Origin: Candidatus Babeliales bacterium
GTDB lineage: Bacteria; Babelota; Babeliae; Babelales; JANWKD01
Direction of reading: 5' to 3'
DNA length: 64,000 nucleotides
Assembly: GCA_963722255.1 (NCBI GenBank)
Contig: CAVRJO010000001.1
Coordinates: 841,775-905,774, forward strand
The notes under the pieces are model-generated. The model did no database searches, was not told where the DNA came from, and saw nothing but the letters and a program-made list of their open reading frames with translations. Shown here one piece after another: positions 39,556 through 50,073 of this stretch. Made by a program: the position numbers and the translations under genes. Position 1 is the first letter of the stretch; each line of letters opens with the position of its first letter.

Positions 39556-39648
39556 ATGTTCAACAAAATTAATTTATTTACTGTTTTGACTGTATGTTTA
39601 ACTCTTGTAGTATTACTCTGTACAGAACAACCACCGCTCGTTTTTTAA
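39556..39648 (+). CDS. Putative 30-aa secreted peptide
   Basis: AAGAGGG RBS 7 nt before ATG; MFNKINLFTVLTVCLTLVVLLCTEQPPLVF; divergent from the regulator. Confidence 0.45.
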   Translation: MFNKINLFTVLTVCLTLVVLLCTEQPPLVF

Positions 39649-39747
39649 ACCATTATTATTCTTGCAATATAGGCTATCATAGTGTTGTTATTTTACAATA
39701 CAGAGAGATAATTGAATATGTTGCAACGATAAAGTTTAAGAGCTGAT

Positions 39748-40281
39748 TTAATTTTTATTAATCGGCTCTTTTTTTATTTTTAATGTATTAAGAAACGTGA
39801 AGACTGTTTTTCGATTTTGAAAAATAAGAATGGCTTTATTTTTTTTGTTCTCTTCTAAGAGCCTGAGAATATCTTTTTTGTATAAACTATTAAAATTCCA
39901 TACATAATTTAAAAAATATAAATCGAACCGTTCATAACATCCATGAGCACTTGATGGTGTTGTTTTATGGTAATATTGTATGGTTCTTTTTAAAATTCTC
40001 CATAAACATATCATTCGTGCAAAATCTAAAAAAATAATTGTATCAGCATGCTTTATTCGTTCCTCAAACGTGCGCGTATAAATTCCTTCAATAATCCAAT
40101 TTTCTTTTTTGCAGAGCAAGGTATGCTCTAATGCAAATTCAGCAAAAGGTCGTGCTTGCCAACCGGGAAGCCAATTATATTGATCCAAATGGTAGACGGG
40201 TAGTTGTAAAATTTTTTGAAGCTGTAATGCAAGGGTCGATTTTCCTGAACCGCTTGAACCTATAATTGCAATTCGATGCAT
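39748..40281 (-). CDS. P-loop kinase (FlaR / adenylate-kinase-like)
   Basis: IAIIGSSGSGKSTLA, HLD, WIIEG.Y, ADTIIFLD. Confidence 0.85.
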   Translation of the reverse strand: MHRIAIIGSSGSGKSTLALQLQKILQLPVYHLDQYNWLPGWQARPFAEFALEHTLLCKKENWIIEGIYTRTFEERIKHADTIIFLDFARMICLWRILKRTIQYYHKTTPSSAHGCYERFDLYFLNYVWNFNSLYKKDILRLLEENKKNKAILIFQNRKTVFTFLNTLKIKKEPINKN

Positions 40282-40352
40282 AGTTGCTCAATGATATTTG
40301 TACAAAGAAAATATGTGCCTGCCAATAGGTTATTTTTGCAGCAGATCAAGCC

Positions 40353-40964
40353 TTATTGTAATTCTTTAATCCAAAAAACAAGAACATTCTCTCGAAGCTC
40401 TGCGTTCTCTTTTTCATCTATAATCGTGATCCATTCATGGTTTATTTTCATAGAGGTCTTTGTATAGCCTAAATGCTTCCATACTTCATCAGAATTCGTG
40501 TAATTTGATGGTTTCAAAGGATGATTTTCTTCTCGTTCAGAAGTTGCTAAACAAATATTCTTATAGCCCCATGATCGTACTTTTTCTTCTAATAATCTAA
40601 AAAGGTTTTTTGCAACTCCTTTGTTCCTATAAGAAGCCAAAACAATGGCATCACTAAGATAGTATGAAAGGGTTGGATCTAGATTAGTAGTTTGAAACAA
40701 AGAAGATATTCCTTTAAAACGTTCATTTGCAAGCAATGGCACTCCTGTTATAAAGCCTGCAAGGTTATCATCCACCTTCGCATGAACTACTAAGCCTTGT
40801 GCATTTGATGCAAAATATTCAAAATATTGTTGTGCTTCTTCAGGAGTTCCTTTGTATAAATAAGGATATTGTTTAAAAGTATTGAGCCACGTTAAAGGAA
40901 TATCGTTTGAAATTCCTAAGATTTGTATTCCAATTAAAATAGTAATTAATGGTGATGCTAACAT
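40353..40964 (-). CDS. GNAT-family acetyltransferase
   Basis: F.QYPYLY.G, VLASYRNKGVA acetyl-CoA motif, HPLKP, W..LGY. Confidence 0.8.
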   Translation of the reverse strand: MLASPLITILIGIQILGISNDIPLTWLNTFKQYPYLYKGTPEEAQQYFEYFASNAQGLVVHAKVDDNLAGFITGVPLLANERFKGISSLFQTTNLDPTLSYYLSDAIVLASYRNKGVAKNLFRLLEEKVRSWGYKNICLATSEREENHPLKPSNYTNSDEVWKHLGYTKTSMKINHEWITIIDEKENAELRENVLVFWIKELQ

Positions 40965-40990
40965 ATTGACCCTTTATAAGAAATTATCCA

Positions 40991-43144
40991 TTACCCAATT
41001 TGTTTCTCGCCGCCTCCTTGGCATGCTAACTGATCAATAGTTAAGGTTAAATGTGCAACAGTTTGTAACCGTTGTAAACTCATAACCGGTTGTGAATTTG
41101 TTTGATTGATTGTCGCAAAAAATGCTTTTAACAAATTTTCATGACCTTTGTCTTGCTTGTCTACTTTTTGATTAAATGATTGTGGTAAGCCAAATCCTTC
41201 AAGCGTTTTATAATCATCCATGATAATTGTTTTACCATCATAATAAAGCTCCATTCGCTCTTTTCCGGCATTTGCGTGACCAAGAGCTGTATACAAAAGA
41301 GTACATAATGAACCATCGGCAAAACTAATTTGCACAGAAAAGTTATCTGTGGCAAATAGAGCATCGGTGTTAGGTTTCATGGTTTCAACAGAAACTGATA
41401 CTGGTTGTGCATCAGTTAAAAAGCAAAAAAGATCAAAAATATGGCATGCTTCGCCAATGATGCGTCCTGCGCCAACCTCAGTTTGTATCCAATGCTCTTT
41501 AGGTATAAAGCCGGCATTCATGCGATAATGCGCTATGATTGGTGTTGATCGTTTTATAATCTGTTGTTTTATCGATTGGATAAATGGTGCAAATGATCGA
41601 TTGTAGTCAACGCACAGAGGGGTTGTGTTGGAAGAAAGAATAGGCATTAGCTTATCAAGTTGTTCAAAGGTAGTTACCATTGGTTTTTCTACAAAAATTG
41701 CCTTATTGTGTTTAAGTGCAGTAATAATTTGATCACAATGAAGCTTGTGTGGTGAAGCAATGACAACCACATCCGCAAGATCTTTTGTATATAATTCTTG
41801 ATCATCAGTTGAAACATGTGCTACAGCATAAGCTCTAGAGCTATTTGTGGCTGTTGCAATATCGGTATCAACTATTGCAGTCAATCTACTATTTTTTATT
41901 CCCGCAACGATGGGCATCAACACTCCTTGCGCAAAGCCACCGGCACCAATAAAGGCAACTCGAATTGAATCTTTGTAAGCAGGAGTAAAGGTAACTTCTT
42001 TTTTCATAGATTCTTTTTGCTCAGTAGTAGGTGTGTCATAGCGTAAGATTATTCCTAATTTTTTTTTGTCTTGTAAGTGGAGATATGCTTTATCTGCTTG
42101 CTCAATAGATATAACATCAGAAATGAGCGGTGAAATAGTAATTTTTCCCGCTTGTAATAAATAAACAAAGGCTTGCATATTGCGATTTTCCGTCCATCGA
42201 ACATATGCGTAAGGATAGTCCACTCCATCCTTTTCATAAGTAGGATCAGATCTACCAGGACCATAGGATGTTGACATAAGAAAGTCGATCTCTTTTTGAT
42301 AAAAAGGAGATCTTTCTAACCCCAATCCAACATCACCAACCAAAACAACTTTACCTTTTTTTCGCGTGATTTCCATAGCTTGTTGCACCAGTGAATTGCT
42401 TTGTGATGCAGCGGTGATAAGTGTAGCATCAACACCGCGATGATTGGTAAAAAATGCAATATCCTTTAGCAGTGTTTGGGATGTAGCAGAAAAAACAGCA
42501 TCAGCTCCTACTTGTGTTGCAAGTTCAAGACGTTCTTGCACTATATCGATGCCAATTACGGTACATCCTGATAATTTTGCAAGTTGAACGGTAATTTGTC
42601 CCAACAACCCAAGTCCTTGAATGCACACAATTTCGCCAAGTTGTGGCGCAGCTCGACGTAACCCTTGTAGTGCAATTGCTCCAAGAGTGGTAATGCTTGC
42701 TTCTTGTAAAAAACTTTCATCTGAAAGCGTAACAACAAGATTTTCAGGAACGCACACGATATCTGCATGGTTGGCATAACCTGCTCCTGCGCATGCAACG
42801 GAATCTCCTATTTTAATATGTTTAATATATTTTCCCACGGCGATAACTTTGCCTGAGCAAGAGTATCCTAATTGAGAAACGCTGCCTGCTAATTTTGCTT
42901 GTATTAGATTTTTAGTTCCATGAATTCCTTGTGCACTAAGCGCATCAAATAATTTCGATATTTTTTTGGGTAGATTATGCAATAATGAACCTTGTGATGC
43001 TTGTGAAACTGTTGATGATTCAGTCCCCGAGCTAATAAAAGAATAGCATACAGATACCATTACTAAATTATCATCAAGAATAGGTTGGCAAACATCTCGA
43101 ACTGCGATTGCCCCTTTATCTATAAAGACTTGTCTCATGAACAT
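40991..43144 (-). CDS. Bi-domain oxidoreductase (zinc-binding dehydrogenase + Gfo/Idh/MocA)
   Basis: ISSGTE, LGYSCSG, GLGLLG, SYGPGR, RWTENRN; IGAGGFA, FVEKP, GEACH. Confidence 0.88.
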   Translation of the reverse strand: MFMRQVFIDKGAIAVRDVCQPILDDNLVMVSVCYSFISSGTESSTVSQASQGSLLHNLPKKISKLFDALSAQGIHGTKNLIQAKLAGSVSQLGYSCSGKVIAVGKYIKHIKIGDSVACAGAGYANHADIVCVPENLVVTLSDESFLQEASITTLGAIALQGLRRAAPQLGEIVCIQGLGLLGQITVQLAKLSGCTVIGIDIVQERLELATQVGADAVFSATSQTLLKDIAFFTNHRGVDATLITAASQSNSLVQQAMEITRKKGKVVLVGDVGLGLERSPFYQKEIDFLMSTSYGPGRSDPTYEKDGVDYPYAYVRWTENRNMQAFVYLLQAGKITISPLISDVISIEQADKAYLHLQDKKKLGIILRYDTPTTEQKESMKKEVTFTPAYKDSIRVAFIGAGGFAQGVLMPIVAGIKNSRLTAIVDTDIATATNSSRAYAVAHVSTDDQELYTKDLADVVVIASPHKLHCDQIITALKHNKAIFVEKPMVTTFEQLDKLMPILSSNTTPLCVDYNRSFAPFIQSIKQQIIKRSTPIIAHYRMNAGFIPKEHWIQTEVGAGRIIGEACHIFDLFCFLTDAQPVSVSVETMKPNTDALFATDNFSVQISFADGSLCTLLYTALGHANAGKERMELYYDGKTIIMDDYKTLEGFGLPQSFNQKVDKQDKGHENLLKAFFATINQTNSQPVMSLQRLQTVAHLTLTIDQLACQGGGEKQIG

Positions 43145-44484
43145 TGTTCCTTATAGGTATTGAGCAGTTCTGTTAATTGAGGATCAAAAGGTGTTATACT
43201 TGTTAAACTGTTTGCAGGCCAAAATAGTTGTTCTTGTTGATCTGTTTTGGTTTGGGGTTGATAGAAGAGCCCACAGAAGTCTAAAATCTTTTTAGATTTT
43301 AAGGTATCTCTATCAAGCGTTTTGAATTGTGTATGATGAACGAGGCAAACGATAATATCAGCATCTTGTATGCCATCATGCAAAGCAACATGCGGTTTAT
43401 TAATGCGTGTTTGAACGATTGCTGTTTCAACATGAGGTTCACAAAGAAGCAATGAAATATCATCCTTTTGTGCGAGTGCGTGAGCAATTTCAAGTGCAGG
43501 TGATTCGCGTAGATCATTAACATCTGCTTTGAAAGTAAGACCTAAAGCAAGAACTGTTGGTTTTTTGCCATTATTTTTTTTGAACTCCTCTACCCATAAT
43601 TCTACGCATGCAACTACTTGATGAGGTTTTTCATCATTAATGATGCGCGCTGCTCGCAGTAATTTTGATTGTTCAGGAAATGTCTCAATTAAAAACCACG
43701 GATCTACTGCGATGCAATGTCCACCAACTCCACAAGAGGGATTAAGAAGTTTAACGCGAGGATGCTTATTTGCAAGTTCAATAATTTCAAAAGGATCAAG
43801 GCCGATTGAATAGGCCATTGAAGCAACTTGGTTAGCAAACGCAATGGCAACATCTCTAGAGCTATTTTCTACAAGTTTTACCATTTCAGCGGCTGTTGCA
43901 TTGGTTAGATATAAACTGCCTTTTACAAATTTTTTATAAAATAGTTTTGCTTGATTCATTGATTCTTTATTAATGCCGCCTATTATTCGTGCATTGTATA
44001 CAAGTTCAAAAAATATTTTACCAGGCAATACTCGTTCAGGACAATGGGCAACAAAGAAATCCTTTCCTGCTTTCATTCCAGTTTCTTGTTCCAAAAGTTG
44101 GGCGCATTGATCGGTTGTTCCAACAGGAATTGTTGATTCAATAATAACCACATCGCCATTTTTTAAAACAGGAATGAGTGCTTTGGTTGCATGAAATACA
44201 TAAGAAAGATCAGCTTTTTTTTCTTCTTTAAATGGTGTTGGAACAGCAATGACAAAACAATCTGCAGCTTCAATAGTTGTTGTTGCTTGTAGTTTTTTTG
44301 ATTCAACTAAAGGTTTGAGCCGTTCATAAACTTCAGGTTCGTCGATAACTGGATCAAAATTATTAATACGCTCTACGCGTTTTGCATCAACATCATATCC
44401 GATTACATCAAAACCATGTTCAGCAGCAACCACTGCGGTTGGTAATCCAATATATCCTAAGCCTATAATACAAATTTTCTTCAT
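43135..44484 (-). CDS. wecC: UDP-N-acetyl-D-mannosamine dehydrogenase
   Basis: GLGYIGLP, AVPTP, ESTIPVG, CPERVLPG, AEMVKLVEN, GVGGHCIAVDP, DLRESP. Confidence 0.92.
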   Translation of the reverse strand: MKKICIIGLGYIGLPTAVVAAEHGFDVIGYDVDAKRVERINNFDPVIDEPEVYERLKPLVESKKLQATTTIEAADCFVIAVPTPFKEEKKADLSYVFHATKALIPVLKNGDVVIIESTIPVGTTDQCAQLLEQETGMKAGKDFFVAHCPERVLPGKIFFELVYNARIIGGINKESMNQAKLFYKKFVKGSLYLTNATAAEMVKLVENSSRDVAIAFANQVASMAYSIGLDPFEIIELANKHPRVKLLNPSCGVGGHCIAVDPWFLIETFPEQSKLLRAARIINDEKPHQVVACVELWVEEFKKNNGKKPTVLALGLTFKADVNDLRESPALEIAHALAQKDDISLLLCEPHVETAIVQTRINKPHVALHDGIQDADIIVCLVHHTQFKTLDRDTLKSKKILDFCGLFYQPQTKTDQQEQLFWPANSLTSITPFDPQLTELLNTYKEQCS

Positions 44485-44516
44485 GCCCAATCCTTCTATT
44501 TTTTTATTATTACTCG

Positions 44517-45698
44517 TTATAAGGTAGGAACTGCACCGCAACAATTATTGAGATTTGCAGGAACGGTACCGTAATAACGTTTGTTATGAATAATTTTAGC
44601 GATCATGTCTGCAGCATATCCTGATCCATAAATTGATGATGCCTTTGAATGCAAATATGATTGTTGCATGCATTGATTCATCGCTTTTATTATTGCATCT
44701 TGGTTGGTCCCAACCAAAGTAGCAAGTTCAGTCCATAATCCTTCAACGCGTTCTGTTTTATCGCGTAATACTAAAACTGGCTTTCCTAAACTTACAGCCT
44801 CTTCTTGTATGCCTCCGGAATCTGTAGCAACCCAATCAGCATTTAAAAGAAGATATACTAAATCTTTATATTGTACCGGGCGTGACAAAAACAATGTTGG
44901 AATTTTTGCAATGCCAACTTTATCAATAGCTTCAAGAACATTAGGATTTGGATGAAAAGGATAAAAAATAAAGATGTCAGGATTTTGGTTAGCGAATTCT
45001 TTAATTGCAGATAAAATTCGTACAATGCCGCCATTGAATGATTCTCTGCGATGTACCGTTAGTAGAACGATCTTCTTATTTTCTAATTTGCATTGCTGTA
45101 CTCGATCAACAATAGATTCATTAATAGTGATCTCTTTATTGAGTATTTGATCTTTAATAATACGCAAAGCATCAACAACTGTATTGCCGGTGCAAAAAAT
45201 TTTTTCTCGCGCAATTCCTTCTGCCAACAGATTTCCTACATTAAGGGCGGTTGGTGCAAAATGGTAATCAGCCACCATGCTGATAAAACGACGATTCATT
45301 TCTTCTGGGTAAGGGCTTTTAATATCATCAGTTCTTAATCCAGCTTCAACATGCCCAATAGGAATGTTTAGATAAAATGCAGCTAAAGCGGCCGTCATGC
45401 TTGAGGTTGTGTCGCCTTGTACCAGAACTAAGCTCGGATTTACTTTATTGAAGAAGATTTTTAATTTTTGCAATGTGATTTCGGTAATATAAAAAAGATC
45501 TTGATTTGGCTTCATAATGTCAAGTTGATAATCAGGAGTTACATGAAATAAATCATATACTTCTTGCAAAAGATCTGAATGTTGATCAGTTGAACACAAT
45601 ACAATTGGAATCTGAAGGCGTTTAAAAGCAAAATAGAGCGGAAGCATTTTAATGCCTTCAGGACGTGTTCCCACTATGAGTACGATTGGACTGGTCAT
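44517..45698 (-). CDS. wecB: UDP-N-acetylglucosamine 2-epimerase
   Basis: GTRPEGIK, VQGDTT, HVEAGLR, PEEMNR, TGNTVVD, HRRES, TDSGGIQEEA. Confidence 0.95.
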   Translation of the reverse strand: MTSPIVLIVGTRPEGIKMLPLYFAFKRLQIPIVLCSTDQHSDLLQEVYDLFHVTPDYQLDIMKPNQDLFYITEITLQKLKIFFNKVNPSLVLVQGDTTSSMTAALAAFYLNIPIGHVEAGLRTDDIKSPYPEEMNRRFISMVADYHFAPTALNVGNLLAEGIAREKIFCTGNTVVDALRIIKDQILNKEITINESIVDRVQQCKLENKKIVLLTVHRRESFNGGIVRILSAIKEFANQNPDIFIFYPFHPNPNVLEAIDKVGIAKIPTLFLSRPVQYKDLVYLLLNADWVATDSGGIQEEAVSLGKPVLVLRDKTERVEGLWTELATLVGTNQDAIIKAMNQCMQQSYLHSKASSIYGSGYAADMIAKIIHNKRYYGTVPANLNNCCGAVPTL

Positions 45699-45812
45699 AA
45701 CACTCTCCGGGTGAAATTATGAGTTCATCTATGTTGCCAATAAGATACCACAGGTGGCAACTTTGGCAAGAGTAGTGTCGCGGTATCTTTAAAAGAGTGA
45801 TAGATCAATTGT

Positions 45813-46007
45813 TTATTTGCAAATCATCTGATTCAGTTGATCTGTAAATTTTTCGACTTCTTTTTCTATGTGTTCAAGTAGGGTATGAAATTTTTCATCA
45901 ATTGCTTTTTTTGCATCATTTTTTGCGTGCATTGTGATAAAGTGTCTAATTTTGCAGAATTCATACATCAATTTTAGCTTATCATAATGGCAATCATTTA
46001 CTTGCAT
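45813..46007 (-). CDS. Small helical hypothetical protein
   Basis: AAGGA RBS before ATG at 46007. Confidence 0.5.
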   Translation of the reverse strand: MQVNDCHYDKLKLMYEFCKIRHFITMHAKNDAKKAIDEKFHTLLEHIEKEVEKFTDQLNQMICK

Positions 46008-46231
46008 ATTATTTTCCTTTTTTTCTATAGATTTTTTTAATACACACGGTAATAATTGTTCCATTAATTGAGTAAAATTTGCAAGAATATTGTGCCTGGA
46101 AAAAATTTGAAGGCTAATGAAAATAATGAAAAAAGTAATGAAAATATTGGCTTCTTTGTTGTTAATAAAATCATTATACTACAAGGAGCTCATTGTTTTG
46201 ATGTTTCATCATAGATTAAAAGGAATCTGAT

Positions 46232-47767
46232 ATGAAAAAAACTCTAGTAGTGCTTTTTGGGATACAAATTGTTTGTTCAAGCTTTGCAATGGAAGAAGAA
46301 AAATCCAAACGCCCTCGAGCTAAGATTTCAGAAACAGCTATCCAAGAAGTTATGGATAGAGGAACCAGACGTGAGCTTCAAGAGGTTCCAGAAGGCCAGA
46401 ATAATGGCCATTATTCTTTTGTTTATGAGGATATTGAAAATGCTATTCGTGATCAAGCAAGCCAACCGAAACCACAAGAAAAAGAATATGCCGATGAAAA
46501 AGAACGTATGTTTGATAAACTTTGTAAAGCTGCTCATGACTGCGATGCTCAAGGTGTTGGTGAATTAATCGAAAAAGGAGCGCCTGTAGAATATAATGAA
46601 AATTCGGCTCTTTTTTCTGTTATTAAAGGCTTCCAGGGAAGATCCTACTGCATTGTTGAGTTGAATGGCAATAAAGAAGGTGGAATACAAGAACATGCAA
46701 AGAAGGCAAAAACGACTCTTTTAACACTCATTGAAGCTGGTGCCGATGTAAATAAAAAAAATAAAGAATGCGAAACGCCTCTTATGCGTGCAGCGTTTTA
46801 TGCGCTCAAGGGTTTGGTTAAACTGTTACTCAAGGCAAAAGCAGATAAGGAGATGGTAAACAAAGAAATTGGGGGCTCTGCATGGTACTACGCAGATGAA
46901 GTTTCAGAAGGGTACCCTCTTAAGTTTTATGCAGCAACCATGGATCCTTATTATCAAATAGCGTTTAGTTATCCGGAATATAAGCTGTATCGGCAAAAGT
47001 GTATTGACCTTTTAAGACCTACTGAAAATTCTCCACTTTTTGAGCAGTATTGCGCTCGCCAAAAGGTGCTAGAGAAACGTGAAAAACTTGAGCAGCTGTG
47101 CAATGCGACAAATAAGTTAGATATAAATGCTGTTAAACAAATACTTGAAACAGGGGTTTCTCTTACTGAAGGTGAGCAGTCTTCATTTTATTATCCTCTT
47201 ACTATGACACTGTGGTTAGCAGTAAATGGTTTTATTCAATCTGTGAGCGAGGTTCGCATAGATAAAAGCATAAAAAAAGAAGCTATTGTTAAAACCATTG
47301 CTGAGTTACGTGAGCGTACAAAAATCATAATAGAACAGTTAGTTAAAAATGGATTCGATATCAATGCAAAGAATTTTGATGGCCAAACAGCATTTATGCT
47401 AGCATTAAGTAGTGCAAACAAGCCTCTTGTAAAGAAATTTTTAGAGCTAAATGCGCGCACTGATATAAAAGATAATGATGGTTATACTGCATCAGACTAT
47501 GCACAACTAGATTCTGCAGTGGTTAAAATTAATTTAAAAAAGAAAAGAATGTTTCACAGATTTGTAGAAAATTATTGTCACGCTCATATGGGTGACCAAG
47601 TTACTGAAGAAATAAACTATTTTGCTCCTGAGGATAGTGGCCAAGATGCAGAAACGACAGCTTTATGGGGTGTAGAGGTAAACTATTCTATAAAGAATAT
47701 GATTTATTATAAAAAAAGGTTAGAGAAAGTTCATTCTCTTTTAACTAAGAAAGCTCAATTGGAATAA
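46232..47767 (+). CDS. Secreted ankyrin-repeat protein
   Basis: Signal peptide then MEE; GADVNKKNKECETPLMRAA; GFDINAKNFDGQTAFMLA; DNDGYTASDYA. Confidence 0.85.
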   Translation: MKKTLVVLFGIQIVCSSFAMEEEKSKRPRAKISETAIQEVMDRGTRRELQEVPEGQNNGHYSFVYEDIENAIRDQASQPKPQEKEYADEKERMFDKLCKAAHDCDAQGVGELIEKGAPVEYNENSALFSVIKGFQGRSYCIVELNGNKEGGIQEHAKKAKTTLLTLIEAGADVNKKNKECETPLMRAAFYALKGLVKLLLKAKADKEMVNKEIGGSAWYYADEVSEGYPLKFYAATMDPYYQIAFSYPEYKLYRQKCIDLLRPTENSPLFEQYCARQKVLEKREKLEQLCNATNKLDINAVKQILETGVSLTEGEQSSFYYPLTMTLWLAVNGFIQSVSEVRIDKSIKKEAIVKTIAELRERTKIIIEQLVKNGFDINAKNFDGQTAFMLALSSANKPLVKKFLELNARTDIKDNDGYTASDYAQLDSAVVKINLKKKRMFHRFVENYCHAHMGDQVTEEINYFAPEDSGQDAETTALWGVEVNYSIKNMIYYKKRLEKVHSLLTKKAQLE

Positions 47768-47903
47768 AACAAATATTCAAATAGGATTTTAATGTTTAAG
47801 ATATTATTTGAATAGAATATTTATTGTTAATTGTTTGATTGATTAAAAGAAATAATTTATTCTCATTAAGAGGGATATTGGTTAATTAGGGTTAGGGAAA
47901 TCT

Positions 47904-48130
47904 ATGTTTAAACTATTTTTATTGCTGATTTTGTGTGTAAGTTTATCGAGTTATTGTATGAACGATGATAAAAAATTAGACCCAGATTATCACCTTTGAA
48001 ATCGGGTAAAGCTGATAGTTCAAAAACAGATAAAATAAAAATCACTTTTGGATGGAGAATGGTTGATTTAGGCAATTCAGGACATATTTTGCAACGTCTT
48101 TATACTTCAAAAACAGTGAATGAAAGATGA
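47904..48130 (+). pseudogene. Frameshifted small secreted protein
   Basis: MFKLFLLLILCVSLSSYC-MND stops at 47999; another frame continues LSPLKSGK...TVNER. Confidence 0.45.
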
Positions 48131-48277
48131 TGAAGAAATTAAAAAAAGTGACAATGATTTGTAAAAATTAAAATATATTTCTATTACTGCTTATTGTAAA
48201 AAAAGTGTAAAATATTTATACTTTTTTTATGATGTGTAAAATTAAAAAGTAGAAGTAAAAGTAGTAAGAGGAGTTGT

Positions 48278-48726
48278 ATGATTGCTCATAAAAAATATTT
48301 AATTTTCTTTATAGCGAGTTTGCTATTTTCATCTAATGTAAATGCCAATGAAGCTATTCAGTCAAATGTTGCATGTGATAAGAATGAAGAAGATGTGATA
48401 CATACGATTGACACAAGCAAATGGCATAAACGCGAATGTTTTTGTTTGGTATTCTTAATGGTTTTTATTTGCCCTTAACCTATGCGTTAGCGCTTGGTTT
48501 TAATCTAATAGATCTTTCTCATCCAGTTATGCAAGAAAATTTACAACCATTTGCAAAAGGTGCAACGCTTGGCATCGGGTGTTGGTTTGCTTATAAAATT
48601 ATTGAATGGTACTTACAAATGGCTGTTTTAAAAACGCTTAATGCTGCTCTGAAAAATCCCGTTATCAATAAAGTTGTGCGTGAGAATGATTTGTTGCAGA
48701 GACGAGAAGAAACTACTGTTGTATAA
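48278..48726 (+). pseudogene. Secreted membrane protein split by a frameshift near 48440
   Basis: Two overlapping ORFs join if one T is added to a T-run. Confidence 0.55.
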
Positions 48727-48749
48727 ATTGAATTGAATGGATTAATGTC

Positions 48750-49378
48750 ATGGGTATACAAAAGGGAATATTATTTGTTTTTTTCACCGGATTTGTTTTT
48801 ACTATGTTTGCAATGAATGTAGAAGAAGATGAGGCTGCTTTGGCAAAAAGACAGAAATTGTTTGAGAATTTGTATGCTGCAGCACGCTCATGTTCTTCAT
48901 CTTTGGTTTTTAAATTTCTCTTACAAAGCAATGAGCAGGTACTTTTTAACCATTGCGGAAATACTCCCTTGCATGAAGTTTCAATAGGGCTTTTTGAAAA
49001 AACATGTAACGTTATGAACGGAATAGTTGAAGATGCTGAATTACAAGTGGGTATTCCTATCGAGAAGCAAAGATATCCCTTTCATATTTCCTTTTAAGGG
49101 GCTATGATGTCAATGTTAAAAACTTTTTTGGTTTGACTCCGCTTATGCTGGTTGCTGCTTTTGGACAAAAAGGTTTAATGAGAAGATTATTAAATGCTGG
49201 TGCAAATACCGATCTTATCGATGAAGCAGGTTATAAAGCATATGACTTAGCGCATGAAGGGGATGGTATGATAGAAAAATTTAATGCCAACCTTGCATGT
49301 TATACTTATAGTGAAATGTACCAAAATAATAAAAAAAAATGTATTAAACTTTTAACTGAAGCTGTTGGGTCAGATTAA
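48750..49378 (+). pseudogene. Secreted ankyrin protein split by a frameshift near 49070
   Basis: Signal peptide then MNV; GNTPLH; the other frame gives GYDVNVKNFFGLTPLMLVA...GANTDLID. Confidence 0.7.
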
Positions 49379-49490
49379 TACATATTAGTATATTTATTTG
49401 TTTAATAAAAATGTATCTTTTTAGACATGGCTATTTGTTTATGATAATTTTATTCATGAGGTTGTTACTATTTATTTGAAAGGATCTCTC

Positions 49491-50051
49491 ATGAATAAAT
49501 TTTTTAATACACTTTTTATTGTTGTATATACTGTTACTGGTTCAATGCATGCTCGTACATGGTGGGATATGGGTAGTAATAGTAGTAATTATGACTATAA
49601 TGATTCCATTAATTTTGATGCAATCAAGAGAATTATTGAACAAGAAATGGATCATTTATTTCAGCCATATTCACAAACTTTAGTTAATCGAAATTATCTT
49701 GCTGAGGTGAAAGAATATGCAAAAAAAGAGATTTCTAAAACAATAAAAAATAGCTGTTCAACGCATACGAAAGCAAAAAAAATGGCAATTAAGCTGACCC
49801 AAGAATTTGCAGTTGACGTACTCGTTGAATGGGCGGCGCATATTGCTCGAGATTTGTTAAAAAATCCACCTGTTAATCCAAGTTACATAAACAAGCAAGA
49901 TATTATTTCAGCAGTTAAACAGATCATGCGATCACAAGCTCAATTAGCATTATTGGAAAAAGATCGTCGTTTAACAAAACTAGTTCAAAATTTAGTTGAA
50001 AATGTTCAAGTTTTAGTTGATCAAGAAATTAAATTTGCTCTCTCCTGGTGA
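49491..50051 (+). CDS. Secreted helical protein, paralog of 52732-53289
   Basis: AAGGA RBS; signal peptide; IEQEMDHLFQP. Confidence 0.65.
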   Translation: MNKFFNTLFIVVYTVTGSMHARTWWDMGSNSSNYDYNDSINFDAIKRIIEQEMDHLFQPYSQTLVNRNYLAEVKEYAKKEISKTIKNSCSTHTKAKKMAIKLTQEFAVDVLVEWAAHIARDLLKNPPVNPSYINKQDIISAVKQIMRSQAQLALLEKDRRLTKLVQNLVENVQVLVDQEIKFALSW

Positions 50052-50073
50052 TAGATTCTAAAAAGGATGTTTG

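Noticed and set aside
47886..47897. Telomere-like TTAGGGTTAGGG
   Set aside because: Only two units; plausible by chance and overlaps the RBS of the ORF at 47904.
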